A stretch of DNA of 64,000 bases, from NCBI GenBank assembly GCA_964498725.1, contig CAZCHS010000001.1, positions 1,666 to 65,665 on the forward strand, read 5' to 3'. Position 1 is the first letter of the stretch, and every line of letters begins with the position of its first letter. Both the position numbers and the translations under genes were made by a program. Below the pieces are notes generated by a model. The model was not told the DNA's origin. It did not search any database and saw only the letters and a program-made list of their open reading frames with translations. Of this stretch, positions 9,549 to 20,096 are shown one piece after another. The DNA is from an uncultured bacterium (GTDB taxonomy: Bacteria; Fidelibacterota; UBA2242; JAFGTP01).

Positions 9549-10112
9549 TTATTGATTGACACGTTCCATGTATTCACTGGTGCGGGTGTCAATTTTTATT
9601 ACATCACCTTCATTAATAAACAAAGGTACATTAATTGTCAAGCCGGTTTGCAATTTGGCTGGTTTGGTGGCGCCGGTTACGCGGTCGCCTTTGATACCGG
9701 GTTCGGTTTCTGTTACTTCCAGTTCCACATGAGATGGAATTTCAATATCCACCGGGTTTTTACCATCAAATAAAATTTTAACGATTTCGGTTTCCTTAAC
9801 ATAAGGTTTGACTTCTTTAAAAATTTCATCGTTGATCAGGACCTCTTCAAAGGTTCCCTGGTCCATGAAAACATGATTCAGGCCGTCAAAATAAGAGTAC
9901 TGTAATTTTCGCGCGTCGAGCCTGACATCTTCAATAGTTTCTCCGGAACGGAAAGTGTTTTCCAGTATGGAGCCGGTTTCAATACTTTTCATCTTGCATT
10001 TGATCTTCGCGCCGCCGCGTCCCATTTTTTGATGGAGAAATTCCACTATTTTTACTAATTCGCCTTTATAACGAATAACAAGACCATTTCTGATATCTGA
10101 TGTTTTAGCCAC
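9549..10112 (-). CDS. efp: elongation factor P
   Basis: 187 aa starting MAKTSDIRNG..I.Y.GEL..IVEF.H.KMGRGGA. Confidence 0.9.
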   Translation of the reverse strand: MAKTSDIRNGLVIRYKGELVKIVEFLHQKMGRGGAKIKCKMKSIETGSILENTFRSGETIEDVRLDARKLQYSYFDGLNHVFMDQGTFEEVLINDEIFKEVKPYVKETEIVKILFDGKNPVDIEIPSHVELEVTETEPGIKGDRVTGATKPAKLQTGLTINVPLFINEGDVIKIDTRTSEYMERVNQ

Positions 10113-10359
10113 TTATTTCCCTTTCAATCTATTTTTCAATATTTTAGATGTCTGCCAATTTACAGTTACTTTTATTTTATGTCAACTAATTTCCTGCTGA
10201 AAGAGAATCTTTGAAAAATAATTTTGATAATGTATATTCATTTACGAATTTAGACTTGGAAATGCCGGATTTTTTTGATTACCTGAACCTTCTGATTAAT
10301 TGTTCTGTCCGGAAGGATTTTCGATAAGTAATAAAAATATTAAATAGTAAGAATGTTGT

Positions 10360-11976
10360 ATGATTTTAAATTTTGATAATTGTCTTGATTTGGTTTATTT
10401 ATTTTTTATGTTGATCGGTGTTTTACCGGTTTTTTTATACGGTGAAATTCATTACCGGCTGCCCTGGTTTCGCGGATTTCTGTTTAAGAAAGAAGCGGAA
10501 GTTCTATTCGACATGCCCACCCGTATTATTACTGGCACCCTTCCAGTCATGTTAATGGTAAAGGACAGTAATAAGTTTCCGGTTCATTTTGAGCGTGTTG
10601 AAATCACCGTGCTGAGAAATGGGCGGCAGGTTAAAAAGGAAGCGATTAAATTTAACAATAGCCTGGCACAGCTCTTCTTTTCTAAAATTTTTCCTGTTGA
10701 TATCAGTGATTTTGCCAATCAAAAATTAGAAGTACAGTGTGAAGTCTTTTTACAAGAGGGCGTCAGGACAAAGAAAATAACCAATCACAATTTATCCGGA
10801 AAGTACAACCCTCTTTTTCAGGTATATTATGATGAAAAAGATGTGCCGGTTGGGAGCCAGTGGCTGCGGGGTGATCTGCACGTGCATTCCAACTATACTG
10901 AAGACCAGGTGGAATTTGGCGCGGAAATGAGTGCATACAGGGTGATGGGTAAGGCCCGGGGACTGGATTTTACCGGTGTTGTAGACCATGCTTATGATTT
11001 GGAAAATGTCCCTGGCACATGGGATTTCAAAGATGATAATTTTACAAAATGGAAAAATTTTAAAAAAGAGGCGGGAAAATTAAATGCCGCTGATGATTCC
11101 TTTACACTGCTGCCGGGCTATGAATTAAGTGTTGATAACGGACTGGGTGAGAATGTTCATCTGGTGGTGCTGAACAATCAAGAGATATTTGCCGGTAATG
11201 GCGATGCCATGAAAAAATATAAATCTTACGCTTCAGAGCATTATTATCGGAAAATATTAGACTCACTGGATGATAATGCCATGGCCTATGCGGCTCACCC
11301 CAAAACCCCGCAGAAATTTCTTCACCGAAAAATCCTTAAGCGTGGAGAATGGAACAGTAAGGATTTCGTCAAAGAACTGGCCGGTTTTCAGATCATTAAC
11401 GGCCGGAAAGACGATGGTTATAAAAGAGGAAAAAAACTCTGGATTCGCAAAATACTGACCGGCAAACGACATCATATCTATGCCGGCACCGATGCCCATG
11501 GCAATTTCAATTACAATCTGGCCATCAAATATCCTTTGCTTTCCATGGAAATGAATAATAATCATGTTTTTGGTGAATATTTTAATTATGTGAAAAGCGA
11601 ACCGGGTGTGGATAATATTATTGCCAATATTAAGGACGGCAGGATTATTGTATCCGACGGCCCTTTTCTGAATCTTGAAATCAGACAGAACCAGAAGGTT
11701 TTTGGGATTGGCGATGACGTTGATTTTTTACCTGGTGAAATTTCTATCTCAGGAGCATCAAACGATTTTTTTGGGCCTATTAAATTTATTCGCCTGATTG
11801 TGGGAAATTGTCAGAGGAAAAAGGAACAGAGCCTTGAACTTCATGATATTGATAAATATGATTATCAGCGGGACCTGGGCATCAAACTCCATGATTCCGA
11901 TTGCTATATCCGCGCTGAACTGAAAACCGATAAGGACAAAACCGCGCTGACCAATCCCATCTGGCTGAAACCATGA
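10360..11976 (+). CDS. membrane-anchored PHP-domain (CehA/McbA-like) metallohydrolase
   Basis: N-terminal TM segment. His motifs GDLHVHSNYTED, VVDHAY, AAHP and GTDAHG match the PHP fold. The start may be an internal Met. Confidence 0.5.
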   Translation: MILNFDNCLDLVYLFFMLIGVLPVFLYGEIHYRLPWFRGFLFKKEAEVLFDMPTRIITGTLPVMLMVKDSNKFPVHFERVEITVLRNGRQVKKEAIKFNNSLAQLFFSKIFPVDISDFANQKLEVQCEVFLQEGVRTKKITNHNLSGKYNPLFQVYYDEKDVPVGSQWLRGDLHVHSNYTEDQVEFGAEMSAYRVMGKARGLDFTGVVDHAYDLENVPGTWDFKDDNFTKWKNFKKEAGKLNAADDSFTLLPGYELSVDNGLGENVHLVVLNNQEIFAGNGDAMKKYKSYASEHYYRKILDSLDDNAMAYAAHPKTPQKFLHRKILKRGEWNSKDFVKELAGFQIINGRKDDGYKRGKKLWIRKILTGKRHHIYAGTDAHGNFNYNLAIKYPLLSMEMNNNHVFGEYFNYVKSEPGVDNIIANIKDGRIIVSDGPFLNLEIRQNQKVFGIGDDVDFLPGEISISGASNDFFGPIKFIRLIVGNCQRKKEQSLELHDIDKYDYQRDLGIKLHDSDCYIRAELKTDKDKTALTNPIWLKP

Positions 11977-12461
11977 GCATCAATCCCTTTATCCTTCTGA
12001 CAATTATTATTACACTGATTTCCTATTTTGCAGATCCGCAAAAAACCAGGCAGGCATTATCGCTGTCGATTAAAAAAATCAAAAAAATCTTTCCAACTTT
12101 TATGTGGATGCTGATCCTTATGGCGGTTGTGCTATATTTCATTTCTGAAGAGGAAATCCGCAAATTTTTGAGTAATGACAACATGTACTATTCATTGATT
12201 CTGGCGCTTTCTACCGGATCGGTGGCCATGCTGCCGGGGTTTATTGCTTTTCCGCTCTGTGGTATTTTGCTGGATCAGGGCGTTTCCTATATGATTTTGT
12301 CGGGTTTTACTTCCACTTTGATGATGGTCGGTATTGTAACATTTCCGGTGGAAGTGGAATATATTGGCGTTAAACTGGGAATTGTCCGGAATCTTTTGAG
12401 TTTGATCATTGCGGTTATAGTGGCCCTTGTCACCGGGCTTGTTTTTGGAGAACTTTTTTGA
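11973..12461 (+). CDS. permease subunit, first half of a split YraQ/DUF318-type two-component membrane permease
   Basis: 162-aa polytopic membrane protein. ATGA overlap with both neighbours. Confidence 0.4.
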   Translation: MSINPFILLTIIITLISYFADPQKTRQALSLSIKKIKKIFPTFMWMLILMAVVLYFISEEEIRKFLSNDNMYYSLILALSTGSVAMLPGFIAFPLCGILLDQGVSYMILSGFTSTLMMVGIVTFPVEVEYIGVKLGIVRNLLSLIIAVIVALVTGLVFGELF

Positions 12462-12964
12462 AGCGTAACTGGCATATTGCTGTGTTTGCATTATTTATAA
12501 TTGTATCGATGCTGCTCAATTTTCAGCCGGGCATGGATATTTTTGATAATTTTATGAATTATCTTTTATCGATGATCACAATTGTGCCGGCGGCTTTTGT
12601 GCTGATCTCTCTTTTTGAGGTTTGGGTCAGACGGGAAACTGTGGAAAAACATTTGGGCGAAGAAACCGGTCTTCGCGGATTTTTGTGGGCATTTATACTG
12701 GCCGGCACGATTGTTGGCGGTTTGTATGTCGCTTTTCCGGTGGCGGCAGTGCTGCATAAAAAAGGCGCCCGGTCGGAAGTGATCTTTACTTTTTTATTTG
12801 CAGCCACTATTTCACGTATTCCCATGACGCTTTTTGAAGCGAATTTTCTGGGCATTAAGTTTACAATGGTTAGATTTTTTGTCTCGCTGCCTCTGGTGAT
12901 TATTAGTTCAATTATTTTAGCTAAGATTGATAACAGATTTGGGATGATGAAAAATCATCAATGA
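12458..12964 (+). CDS. permease subunit, second half of the split YraQ/DUF318-type permease
   Basis: 168-aa polytopic membrane protein, overlapping the upstream gene by 4 nt. Confidence 0.4.
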   Translation: MKRNWHIAVFALFIIVSMLLNFQPGMDIFDNFMNYLLSMITIVPAAFVLISLFEVWVRRETVEKHLGEETGLRGFLWAFILAGTIVGGLYVAFPVAAVLHKKGARSEVIFTFLFAATISRIPMTLFEANFLGIKFTMVRFFVSLPLVIISSIILAKIDNRFGMMKNHQ

Positions 12965-13051
12965 GACCTTTATCCACCATTATTTTTTCAAATATTATTA
13001 ATTCTCTAACATTCTGGTTGCTAATTTGTATGCGAGGTATTAGTTTTCCTT

Positions 13052-13711
13052 ATGATATCATTTAAAGACGTCAGTTGTACATTTGAAGACCGCGGGGGAA
13101 TAAAAGAGGCAAATTTTACGATTAATGCCGGTGACTTTGTCTTCCTGACAGGACCTTCCGGAGCAGGAAAATCAACAATTCTGCGCCTGATTTATATGGA
13201 TGTGAAACCTGACAACGGCGAAGTGGTTTTTCAGCAATATTCCAGCAAAAAAATATCCCGCAAGGATTTACCCTATTTACGGCGCAAGGTGGGTATGCTG
13301 TTCCAGGATTTTCGTCTTTTGCCGGACCGTAATGTTTATCAGAACGTTGCTTTGGCGTTATATGCTGCCAATTATAAAGCAAAAAATATCAAAGAGCGTG
13401 CTGAGGAAATGTTGGAAAAATTGGATGTGGCTAACAAATGGTATCACAAACCCCATGAATTGTCCGGTGGCGAAAAACAGCGTGTGGCCCTGGCCCGCGC
13501 CCTGGCCATTGAGCCAAAAGTATTGCTGGCTGACGAACCCACCGGCAACCTGGATCCCCGCGTGAGCATTGAGTTGGTGAAATTATTATATAAAATCAAT
13601 CAAACAGGGACCTCGGTGATCATGGCGACTCATGATTATGATCTTATCAACCGCGTGCCTAAATATCGTTTGTTTCAAATCAGCAAATCAAAAATAGTGA
13701 GTGCAACCTGA
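13052..13711 (+). CDS. ftsE: cell division ATP-binding protein FtsE
   Basis: Walker [25 protein letters not shown], about 219 aa, followed by ftsX. Confidence 0.85.
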   Translation: MISFKDVSCTFEDRGGIKEANFTINAGDFVFLTGPSGAGKSTILRLIYMDVKPDNGEVVFQQYSSKKISRKDLPYLRRKVGMLFQDFRLLPDRNVYQNVALALYAANYKAKNIKERAEEMLEKLDVANKWYHKPHELSGGEKQRVALARALAIEPKVLLADEPTGNLDPRVSIELVKLLYKINQTGTSVIMATHDYDLINRVPKYRLFQISKSKIVSAT

Positions 13712-14571
13712 TGGTGTTTTGGTTTTTATTCAAAGAAGGATTTCATGGACTGATGCGGTCCAAATATGCCGGCGCCTTTACCATACTGATCATTTGGATT
13801 GCCCTGATTATTGTCGGGCTTAGTTTCATCGGCGCCCATGACACATTGGCAGCTGTCAATAAGATCCGTTCACAATTTGATATTGATATATTTCTGCATA
13901 AAAATGTTACAGAGGAGGAAATCGCTGACTTTCGTACTTTTCTGGAAAACCGTAATGAGGTAGAAAGCATTAAGTTTATTTCAGCCAGGGAAGCGGCGGA
14001 ATTATTTAAAGCGGAATTTGGTGAAGATATACTGGATGTGCTGGAATATAATCCTCTGCCACCTTCTTTTACTATTTCTCTTCTGCCCAATTACAGAAAT
14101 GCAACCTCGGTAGAAAGTATTACCACAAATTTTCGCAAACATGAGGCGGTGGACGAGATCAGGTACCGTAAGAAATTTTTATATCTGATGGAAAAATATC
14201 AGCGCAGTATTATGATTGTCATATTGGTCATATTTTTATTTCTCACAATAATCTCAATATTGCTGATCTCTCATTCTATAAAAATGTCTATTTTTGCCCG
14301 CCGGGAGATTGTGGAAACCATGAAGCTGATCGGCGCCACGGATAATTTTATTCGGGTACCCTTCCTGGTGGAAGGATTTCTGGAAGGGCTAATTGCTTCT
14401 GTTCTGAGTTCGCTTTTTATTTTTATCATCGCAAAAGTGCAGAATGATTATTTTCAGACGGTTTTCAATTATCATATTGAACTTAATATCCGTTTTTATT
14501 TTACCATGGTTGTGATCGGTGCTTCGATGGGATTTCTGGGTAGTATAAAAGCCATTAAAAAATTTCTTTAG
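13711..14571 (+). CDS. ftsX: cell division permease FtsX
   Basis: N-terminal TM, periplasmic domain and C-terminal FtsX 3-TM bundle. ATGA overlap with ftsE. Confidence 0.75.
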   Translation: MVFWFLFKEGFHGLMRSKYAGAFTILIIWIALIIVGLSFIGAHDTLAAVNKIRSQFDIDIFLHKNVTEEEIADFRTFLENRNEVESIKFISAREAAELFKAEFGEDILDVLEYNPLPPSFTISLLPNYRNATSVESITTNFRKHEAVDEIRYRKKFLYLMEKYQRSIMIVILVIFLFLTIISILLISHSIKMSIFARREIVETMKLIGATDNFIRVPFLVEGFLEGLIASVLSSLFIFIIAKVQNDYFQTVFNYHIELNIRFYFTMVVIGASMGFLGSIKAIKKFL

Positions 14572-14651
14572 TCAAGAGAAAAAAACTTTCAATTCGTAAT
14601 AAACGAGATAATTACCAGTAATACAATTATTGTAAACAGAAGAGGTTTATC

Positions 14652-15029
14652 ATGAGAAAAGAAATCAGTACAGAAAATGCACCTGCGGCAATCGGCCCTT
14701 ATTCCCAGGCGGTTGAAAAAGGCGGAATGTTATTTTGTTCCGGACAGATTCCGATTGATCCGGCTACAGGGAAATTGATCAATGATGATATTAGCCGGGC
14801 CACCGATCAATCTTTGAAAAATCTGATCGCCGTGGTAAAAGCCGCCAATTACCGGGTGGAAGATATTGTCAAGGTCAATGTTTATGTAAGATCAATGGAA
14901 GATTTTTCTGCTGTCAATGACGTTTATAAAGAATATTTTTCAGCAACCAAACCGGCCAGAGCACTGGTTGAAGTATCTAATCTCCCAAAAAATGCGTTGA
15001 TTGAGATAGAAGCAGTTGCTATCAGATAA
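14652..15029 (+). CDS. ridA: RidA family reactive enamine/imine deaminase
   Basis: YjgF signature APAAIGPYSQA...PARA..EV..LP. Confidence 0.8.
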   Translation: MRKEISTENAPAAIGPYSQAVEKGGMLFCSGQIPIDPATGKLINDDISRATDQSLKNLIAVVKAANYRVEDIVKVNVYVRSMEDFSAVNDVYKEYFSATKPARALVEVSNLPKNALIEIEAVAIR

Positions 15030-15188
15030 GTGATCCGGGCAATCGGTTTTTTCTGCTGTCTAATCTAATATCATCTCTGATATCCAAAAAACATCATTGA
15101 AATTATACAAAGATCCATTTGAAAAGTATTAGTAATTCACTCTCATTTTTTGTATAATTCCGGTTATTTTAAACTGAACAGGATTGTT

Positions 15189-16385
15189 ATGGAATCAATA
15201 CGAGAGATTTATAAAATTGGACGTGGTCCCTCCAGTTCCCATACAATGGGCCCTAATCAGGCAGCTAATAATTTTCGATTACAGTACAGTGATGCGAAAA
15301 AGTTCCGGGTAACACTTTACGGAAGTTTGGCGGCCACCGGTAAGGGGCATTTGACGGACTATGCGATCCAAAAGGGGTTGGGAGTGACCAATACTGAGAT
15401 TATCTGGAAACCTGATATTTTTCTGCCTCAGCATCCCAATGGTATGTTTTTTCAGGCCTATAATGAAAAGGGAAACCTGCTGGGTGAGTGGACTTGCTTC
15501 AGTGTCGGTGGAGGTTCTGTCACTGACTTTTCAGAAACTAATAAAATACAACCGGTTTACAAATTGACAACAATGACGGATATTTTGGAATGGTGCCAGC
15601 AGACCGGTAAGAATATTTGGGAATTAGCCGCAGTCTGCGAGACTGAAGATATTTGGGACCACTTGTTCAATGTCTGGCAAATTATGAAAAAGAGTATCCA
15701 TGCAGGTATTGAAGAGGAAGGAACTTTGCCCGGTGAACTAAAACTGCGCCGAAAAGCGGCGGCTTATTACATCAGAGCACAATCGCAGCGGGACTCCCTA
15801 AAGCGACGCTCTTTATTATTTGCCTATGCTTTGGCTGTGGCTGAGCAAAATGCGGCCGGTGAGATTGTTGCAACCGCACCCACTTGCGGTTCCTGCGGCG
15901 TGCTGCCCGCTGTTCTTTTAACCATACAAAAAAATAATAAATTCAGTGACAAGAAAATTTTACGGGCGTTGGCAACGGCCGGTATTATTGGGAATTTGGT
16001 GAAATATAATGCGTCAATCTCCGGGGCTGAAGTCGGCTGCCAGGGTGAAATCGGAACCGCCTGCGCAATGGCTGCCGGTGCTGCAACCCAATTATTTGGC
16101 GGTAGTCCCAATCAGATAGAATATGCGGCGGAAATGGGCATGGAACATCACCTCGGACTGACTTGTGACCCGGTCATGGGGCTGGTTCAGATTCCCTGTA
16201 TCGAGCGGAATGCTTTTGCCGCTTCCCGCGCACTGGACGCGAATAGTTTCGCCATTATTTCTGATGGCACACATTATGTCCATTTTGATAAAGTTGTCAA
16301 GACCATGAAGCAAACCGGCGATGATCTGCCCCATCTCTATAAGGAAACCTCTGAAGGCGGCCTGGCTAAACATTGTGACTGCTGA
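15189..16385 (+). CDS. sdaA: L-serine dehydratase, iron-sulfur-dependent, single chain
   Basis: GPSSSHTMGP motif with beta and alpha domains. ATG at 15189 has AGGA 7 nt upstream and is preferred over the TTG at 15150 used by the track. Confidence 0.8.
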   Translation: MESIREIYKIGRGPSSSHTMGPNQAANNFRLQYSDAKKFRVTLYGSLAATGKGHLTDYAIQKGLGVTNTEIIWKPDIFLPQHPNGMFFQAYNEKGNLLGEWTCFSVGGGSVTDFSETNKIQPVYKLTTMTDILEWCQQTGKNIWELAAVCETEDIWDHLFNVWQIMKKSIHAGIEEEGTLPGELKLRRKAAAYYIRAQSQRDSLKRRSLLFAYALAVAEQNAAGEIVATAPTCGSCGVLPAVLLTIQKNNKFSDKKILRALATAGIIGNLVKYNASISGAEVGCQGEIGTACAMAAGAATQLFGGSPNQIEYAAEMGMEHHLGLTCDPVMGLVQIPCIERNAFAASRALDANSFAIISDGTHYVHFDKVVKTMKQTGDDLPHLYKETSEGGLAKHCDC

Positions 16386-16781
16386 TCAGGCTTTTATTTT
16401 TTGTCCAAATAATTTTTGATAAGTTGTGGAAAAATGTAATTTGATATAGTTGGGAAGTTTGTAATGTTGTTTTTTTATTGTGAGGAATATCCACTGGTGC
16501 TCGAAAACATTAAAAGCAGCGGTAATATCCCAAATGAGCGGGACCAGGTAAAATAAAAAGGGCGGTTAGAATTAAAATGATAAAAGTTGTCATAGATCCC
16601 CTGTAATTTTTAGTTGGATAAGATAAACAGAAAGTGTTAATAAAGGTTAAACAAATTTTAATATAACTGTGACTTGTAATTGTAAAAATGAGACAAACTT
16701 AATTAAAATAATTGTTTATTTGATTAGGTAAATTTCTTATATTTTTCTGCAAAGTTTTAATCATAATCCGGGAATAATCCC

Positions 16782-17549
16782 ATGATCCTGAAGCTTTATA
16801 AACAAATTATTTTAGTCACTATTTTTCTCCTGATTATCCCTGAGTTTTTACCAGCCGATGTAATAAAAATCGGTATCAGCCATTCCATCCCTCCTTATGT
16901 AATTAAAGAAGAAAATAAAGGTATTGAACTTGAAATACTTCAAACCGCTTTTGCCTGTAGTGACCATGAAGTGGTCCCGGTTTATCTGCCTCTGGCCAGA
17001 ACTTTTTCCAATCTGGCTGATGGACAGATCGACGGAGCTATCAATATCAAAGAAGGAATTGTGAAAGATGTATTCTACACACCAGTTGTGATCCGGTTTA
17101 ATAATTGTGCCATCAGTCTGAAGAAAAAAAATTATCCTGATACCATTTCCATTGATTTTTTAAAAGATAAACATGTGCTGGCTTTTCAGCAGGCGCACAC
17201 ATTGCTTGGAGATGAATTTCGGAAAATGGCTGAAAATAATGAGCATTACTATGAATATGCGCATCAGGCCAACCAGGTTTACCGCTTATTCCTGGAACGG
17301 GATACCGACCTGATTGTGCTGGAGAGACGAATATTTGACTACCTGCGTAAAAAAGCCCGGGACGAAATCGGAGATAAAGCAAATAAACCGGTCACTTATC
17401 ATTATATATTTCCCCCGACTGAATACAGGTTTGCTTTTCGGCAAAAAAAAATATGGGATGACTTTAATAAGGGCCTGGAAACTATAATCAAAAATGGTAC
17501 CTATCAGAAAATTTTACAAAAGTACACAGACTCTGCTGAAACGCAATAA
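16782..17549 (+). CDS. orphan periplasmic substrate-binding protein (SBP family 3-like)
   Basis: Signal peptide, then a two-lobe SBP-like sequence. No adjacent permease or ATPase. Confidence 0.45.
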   Translation: MILKLYKQIILVTIFLLIIPEFLPADVIKIGISHSIPPYVIKEENKGIELEILQTAFACSDHEVVPVYLPLARTFSNLADGQIDGAINIKEGIVKDVFYTPVVIRFNNCAISLKKKNYPDTISIDFLKDKHVLAFQQAHTLLGDEFRKMAENNEHYYEYAHQANQVYRLFLERDTDLIVLERRIFDYLRKKARDEIGDKANKPVTYHYIFPPTEYRFAFRQKKIWDDFNKGLETIIKNGTYQKILQKYTDSAETQ

Positions 17550-17606
17550 TAAACAAAGAGTTGCTATCCATTGTCTCATGGTCTTTGAATTAAACTAATT
17601 TATTAT

Positions 17607-17648
17607 CTCTACCGCAAGGGATAATTGATTTGACCACTTGCGGTAGAG
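17607..17648. terminator. bidirectional hairpin with a 12-bp perfect stem (CTCTACCGCAAG/CTTGCGGTAGAG) between convergent genes
   Basis: Perfect inverted repeat with an 18-nt loop, in the 115-bp gap between the SBP gene and the TonB receptor gene. Confidence 0.5.
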
Positions 17649-17664
17649 AAAGTTTGGCAATAGT

Positions 17665-19944
17665 TTAAAAACTTGTTTCGAAATTAATAAAGAAACTGCG
17701 AGGCAGTGAGGGGCCATAAACATAACCGGGGTCCCGATCGGCGCCTACGCCAATATCTGCCTGGTAAGCGTCAAAAGCATTCCGAATGCCAAGCGTAGAT
17801 TTGATGTTGAAATCCCTGATCATCGGAATTTGATAATTTATCAGAATATCTGTAATCAAAAAATCATCACTTTTAATCAATTCCATCTTTCCTTCATGAG
17901 GAACTTGTGCTCTTCCCATGTATTTGCTTTTTAAATTAATACTGGTATTCCGGGTCAAACTTGCCAAAATACCAAGTGTCGCGCTGATTTCCGGTGTTCG
18001 TAAAAAATTCCTGGTGTGCCAGTCTTCCAGATCGCTATCATATTTTCCTGATAAAAATGTCAGTCCTGCGAGGACTTCCAAAGCGGTGTTCGGCTGAATA
18101 CCGGCTTCCAATTCCACTCCATTCAGGGATAAACCATCGGAATTGATCCGTTTCCAATAGTCCGCTTCTGTGCCGTAATGGTCAAATTCAATAGCAAAAG
18201 CATCCTTTATTCGTGTATGATATCCTGTTATACCGAAAATAATACCGATGTTTTTTAAATAGCCGTTGTAATCCAATCCCAGTGTCAGGGATTGACTTTT
18301 TTCCGCGGACAGGCCGTCATCATTGCGTAATATCTTTTGTTTTCCTTCCAATCCCAGGATATGCAAATCCTCGTCAAAGGTCTGAGGCGCTTTAAATCCT
18401 GTGGAAAATCCGGCCCGCAATACGTAGTTATCAGATAGAATGTATTTAAGATTTGTTCTGGGCGAGATAATCATTTCAGATATTTCCGAATGCTTATCAA
18501 GGCGGGCGCCAAAAATGATTTCCAGTTGCTCTTTGCTGCCGAGATGCAGATCATCCTGAAGGATGAAGCCGATATTTTTATAATTTTCATCAATATAGAG
18601 GTCGGATGAAAAAGCAGAACGGTCTAACAGTTTATCACTGCTGAACTGAATCCCTGTTGTGAATAAATGCCGTCCCATTTTATAGTTCATATCCAGGCCG
18701 GCGATCTGCATGGGATTTTCTGTGGTTCCGTATGCCAGCAGGGCAGTCTCCCTATCCTCATCATTTTCAGGACCGGTGCCACCGTAATAGGATTCTCTGT
18801 TAGTTACGGCCAGAGAATAGAAAATATTATAGTCCAGTAAAGTAGAGATGCGATGGTTCCATTTCAGGGTTCCGCCCCATTTCCAGTGTTCCACGGACTC
18901 GGCAACATTGGCTTCATGATTAGGGAGATCAAAGTCATTCCCGCCACGACGAAATTCATGAATGCGGTGAAAATGAACTGACAGTTCACCGGTTCTGACT
19001 GGAGCGTAAAACCAGTTGAACCCAAGGGACTCATTTTTTAACTGGCCCAGTTCACTGTATCCGTCACCATTACGATCATAATAATCCCGATGTCTTGTGG
19101 ATGCAAACAAATAGGCCCCTGAATTTCCCGTATGATTGATCATTTCCGAAGAAATGCCGATATGAAAATCATTGGTTCCCTGTTCCATGACAGTTTGCCG
19201 GTATTTGATCCGGGATTGATTCACTTCTGGACGGCGGGTTACCAGGTTTATGACGCCGGCGACCGCTCCTGCGCCATACAACGCGGAACCGCCTCCCTTT
19301 ACGATTTCCATACGGTCCAGCATTTCAGATGGAAAATGTTCCAATCCATAGACACCAGCTAAACTGGATACTACCGGATCGCCGTCAATTAGAATTTGTG
19401 AATATTTGCCGTCCATACCGAGAATTTTTACCTGGGTAAAATTACAATTCTGGCAATTATTCTCAACATTTATGCCCGGTTGAAAACTGAGTGCTTCGGC
19501 AACATTGGAAAATTTACCCTGTTCAATATCCAGACGGGAAATCAATTTTGTTTTCAGAGGCGCTTCCTCCAAAGTATGCGGTGTACCACTACCGGTGACG
19601 ACAACAGACCCCATTTTCAATAAGGTTTTTTCCAATTCTACTTCAATGTGGTTATTGATATCAGGTTTTACTGTTGTTGGCCTGTTTTCTTTTTTATATC
19701 CCATCATGGAGATTGTAATATCAATTTCACCGGAGGGAATATGATCAATCACAAAGGTGCCGTCAATGCGGGTGGCGGTACCAATAGAACTGTTGGCGAT
19801 CATAACATTGGCGCCGGCAATTGGCGCTTCTGTTTCACCATCCCGGACAACACCGGTGATTGTACCATGTTTAAAAGGAGGTTCTGCGAATATAGTTATG
19901 GTTGTTAAAAAAATCACAAAGATGGATGTAAATATGCTTTTCAT
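17665..19944 (-). CDS. TonB-dependent outer membrane receptor with an N-terminal carboxypeptidase-regulatory-like domain
   Basis: Signal peptide, GTITGVV..G.PI.GA.V (CarbopepD_reg-like), a plug region and a beta-barrel ending in C-terminal Phe (FETSF). Confidence 0.8.
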   Translation of the reverse strand: MKSIFTSIFVIFLTTITIFAEPPFKHGTITGVVRDGETEAPIAGANVMIANSSIGTATRIDGTFVIDHIPSGEIDITISMMGYKKENRPTTVKPDINNHIEVELEKTLLKMGSVVVTGSGTPHTLEEAPLKTKLISRLDIEQGKFSNVAEALSFQPGINVENNCQNCNFTQVKILGMDGKYSQILIDGDPVVSSLAGVYGLEHFPSEMLDRMEIVKGGGSALYGAGAVAGVINLVTRRPEVNQSRIKYRQTVMEQGTNDFHIGISSEMINHTGNSGAYLFASTRHRDYYDRNGDGYSELGQLKNESLGFNWFYAPVRTGELSVHFHRIHEFRRGGNDFDLPNHEANVAESVEHWKWGGTLKWNHRISTLLDYNIFYSLAVTNRESYYGGTGPENDEDRETALLAYGTTENPMQIAGLDMNYKMGRHLFTTGIQFSSDKLLDRSAFSSDLYIDENYKNIGFILQDDLHLGSKEQLEIIFGARLDKHSEISEMIISPRTNLKYILSDNYVLRAGFSTGFKAPQTFDEDLHILGLEGKQKILRNDDGLSAEKSQSLTLGLDYNGYLKNIGIIFGITGYHTRIKDAFAIEFDHYGTEADYWKRINSDGLSLNGVELEAGIQPNTALEVLAGLTFLSGKYDSDLEDWHTRNFLRTPEISATLGILASLTRNTSINLKSKYMGRAQVPHEGKMELIKSDDFLITDILINYQIPMIRDFNIKSTLGIRNAFDAYQADIGVGADRDPGYVYGPSLPRSFFINFETSF

Positions 19945-19972
19945 TATTTTTTACCTGTATTTTTATAGTGCT

Positions 19973-20002
19973 ACAATTGAAAACAATTGTATCGATTAAT
20001 TG
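19973..20002. promoter_or_regulatory. candidate operator in the TonB-receptor promoter: ACAATTG-AAA-ACAATTGT-AT-CGATTAATTG
   Basis: The ACAATTGT and CGATTAATTG motifs recur upstream of the adjacent DtxR-family regulator gene at 20984-21022. Confidence 0.35.
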
Positions 20003-20096
20003 TTCTGATCAGTCTTGCTATTATTTTGATATCGGGAGGTTGGGATTATTTAAGGAGATAGTTTATTTTAACAGTACTTTGACCGCTCCGTTGTCC

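Noticed and set aside
15150-15188. TTG start for sdaA used by the ORF track
   Set aside because: The ATG at 15189 has AGGA 7 nt upstream, and the encoded MESIREIYKIGRGPSSSHTMGP matches the usual SdaA N-terminus.
16505-16600. 27-codon minus-strand hydrophobic ORF (MTTFIILILTALFILPGPAHLGYYRCF) in the sdaA-SBP intergenic region
   Set aside because: It has only a weak SD and no supporting structure or conservation evidence, so it is too speculative to call.
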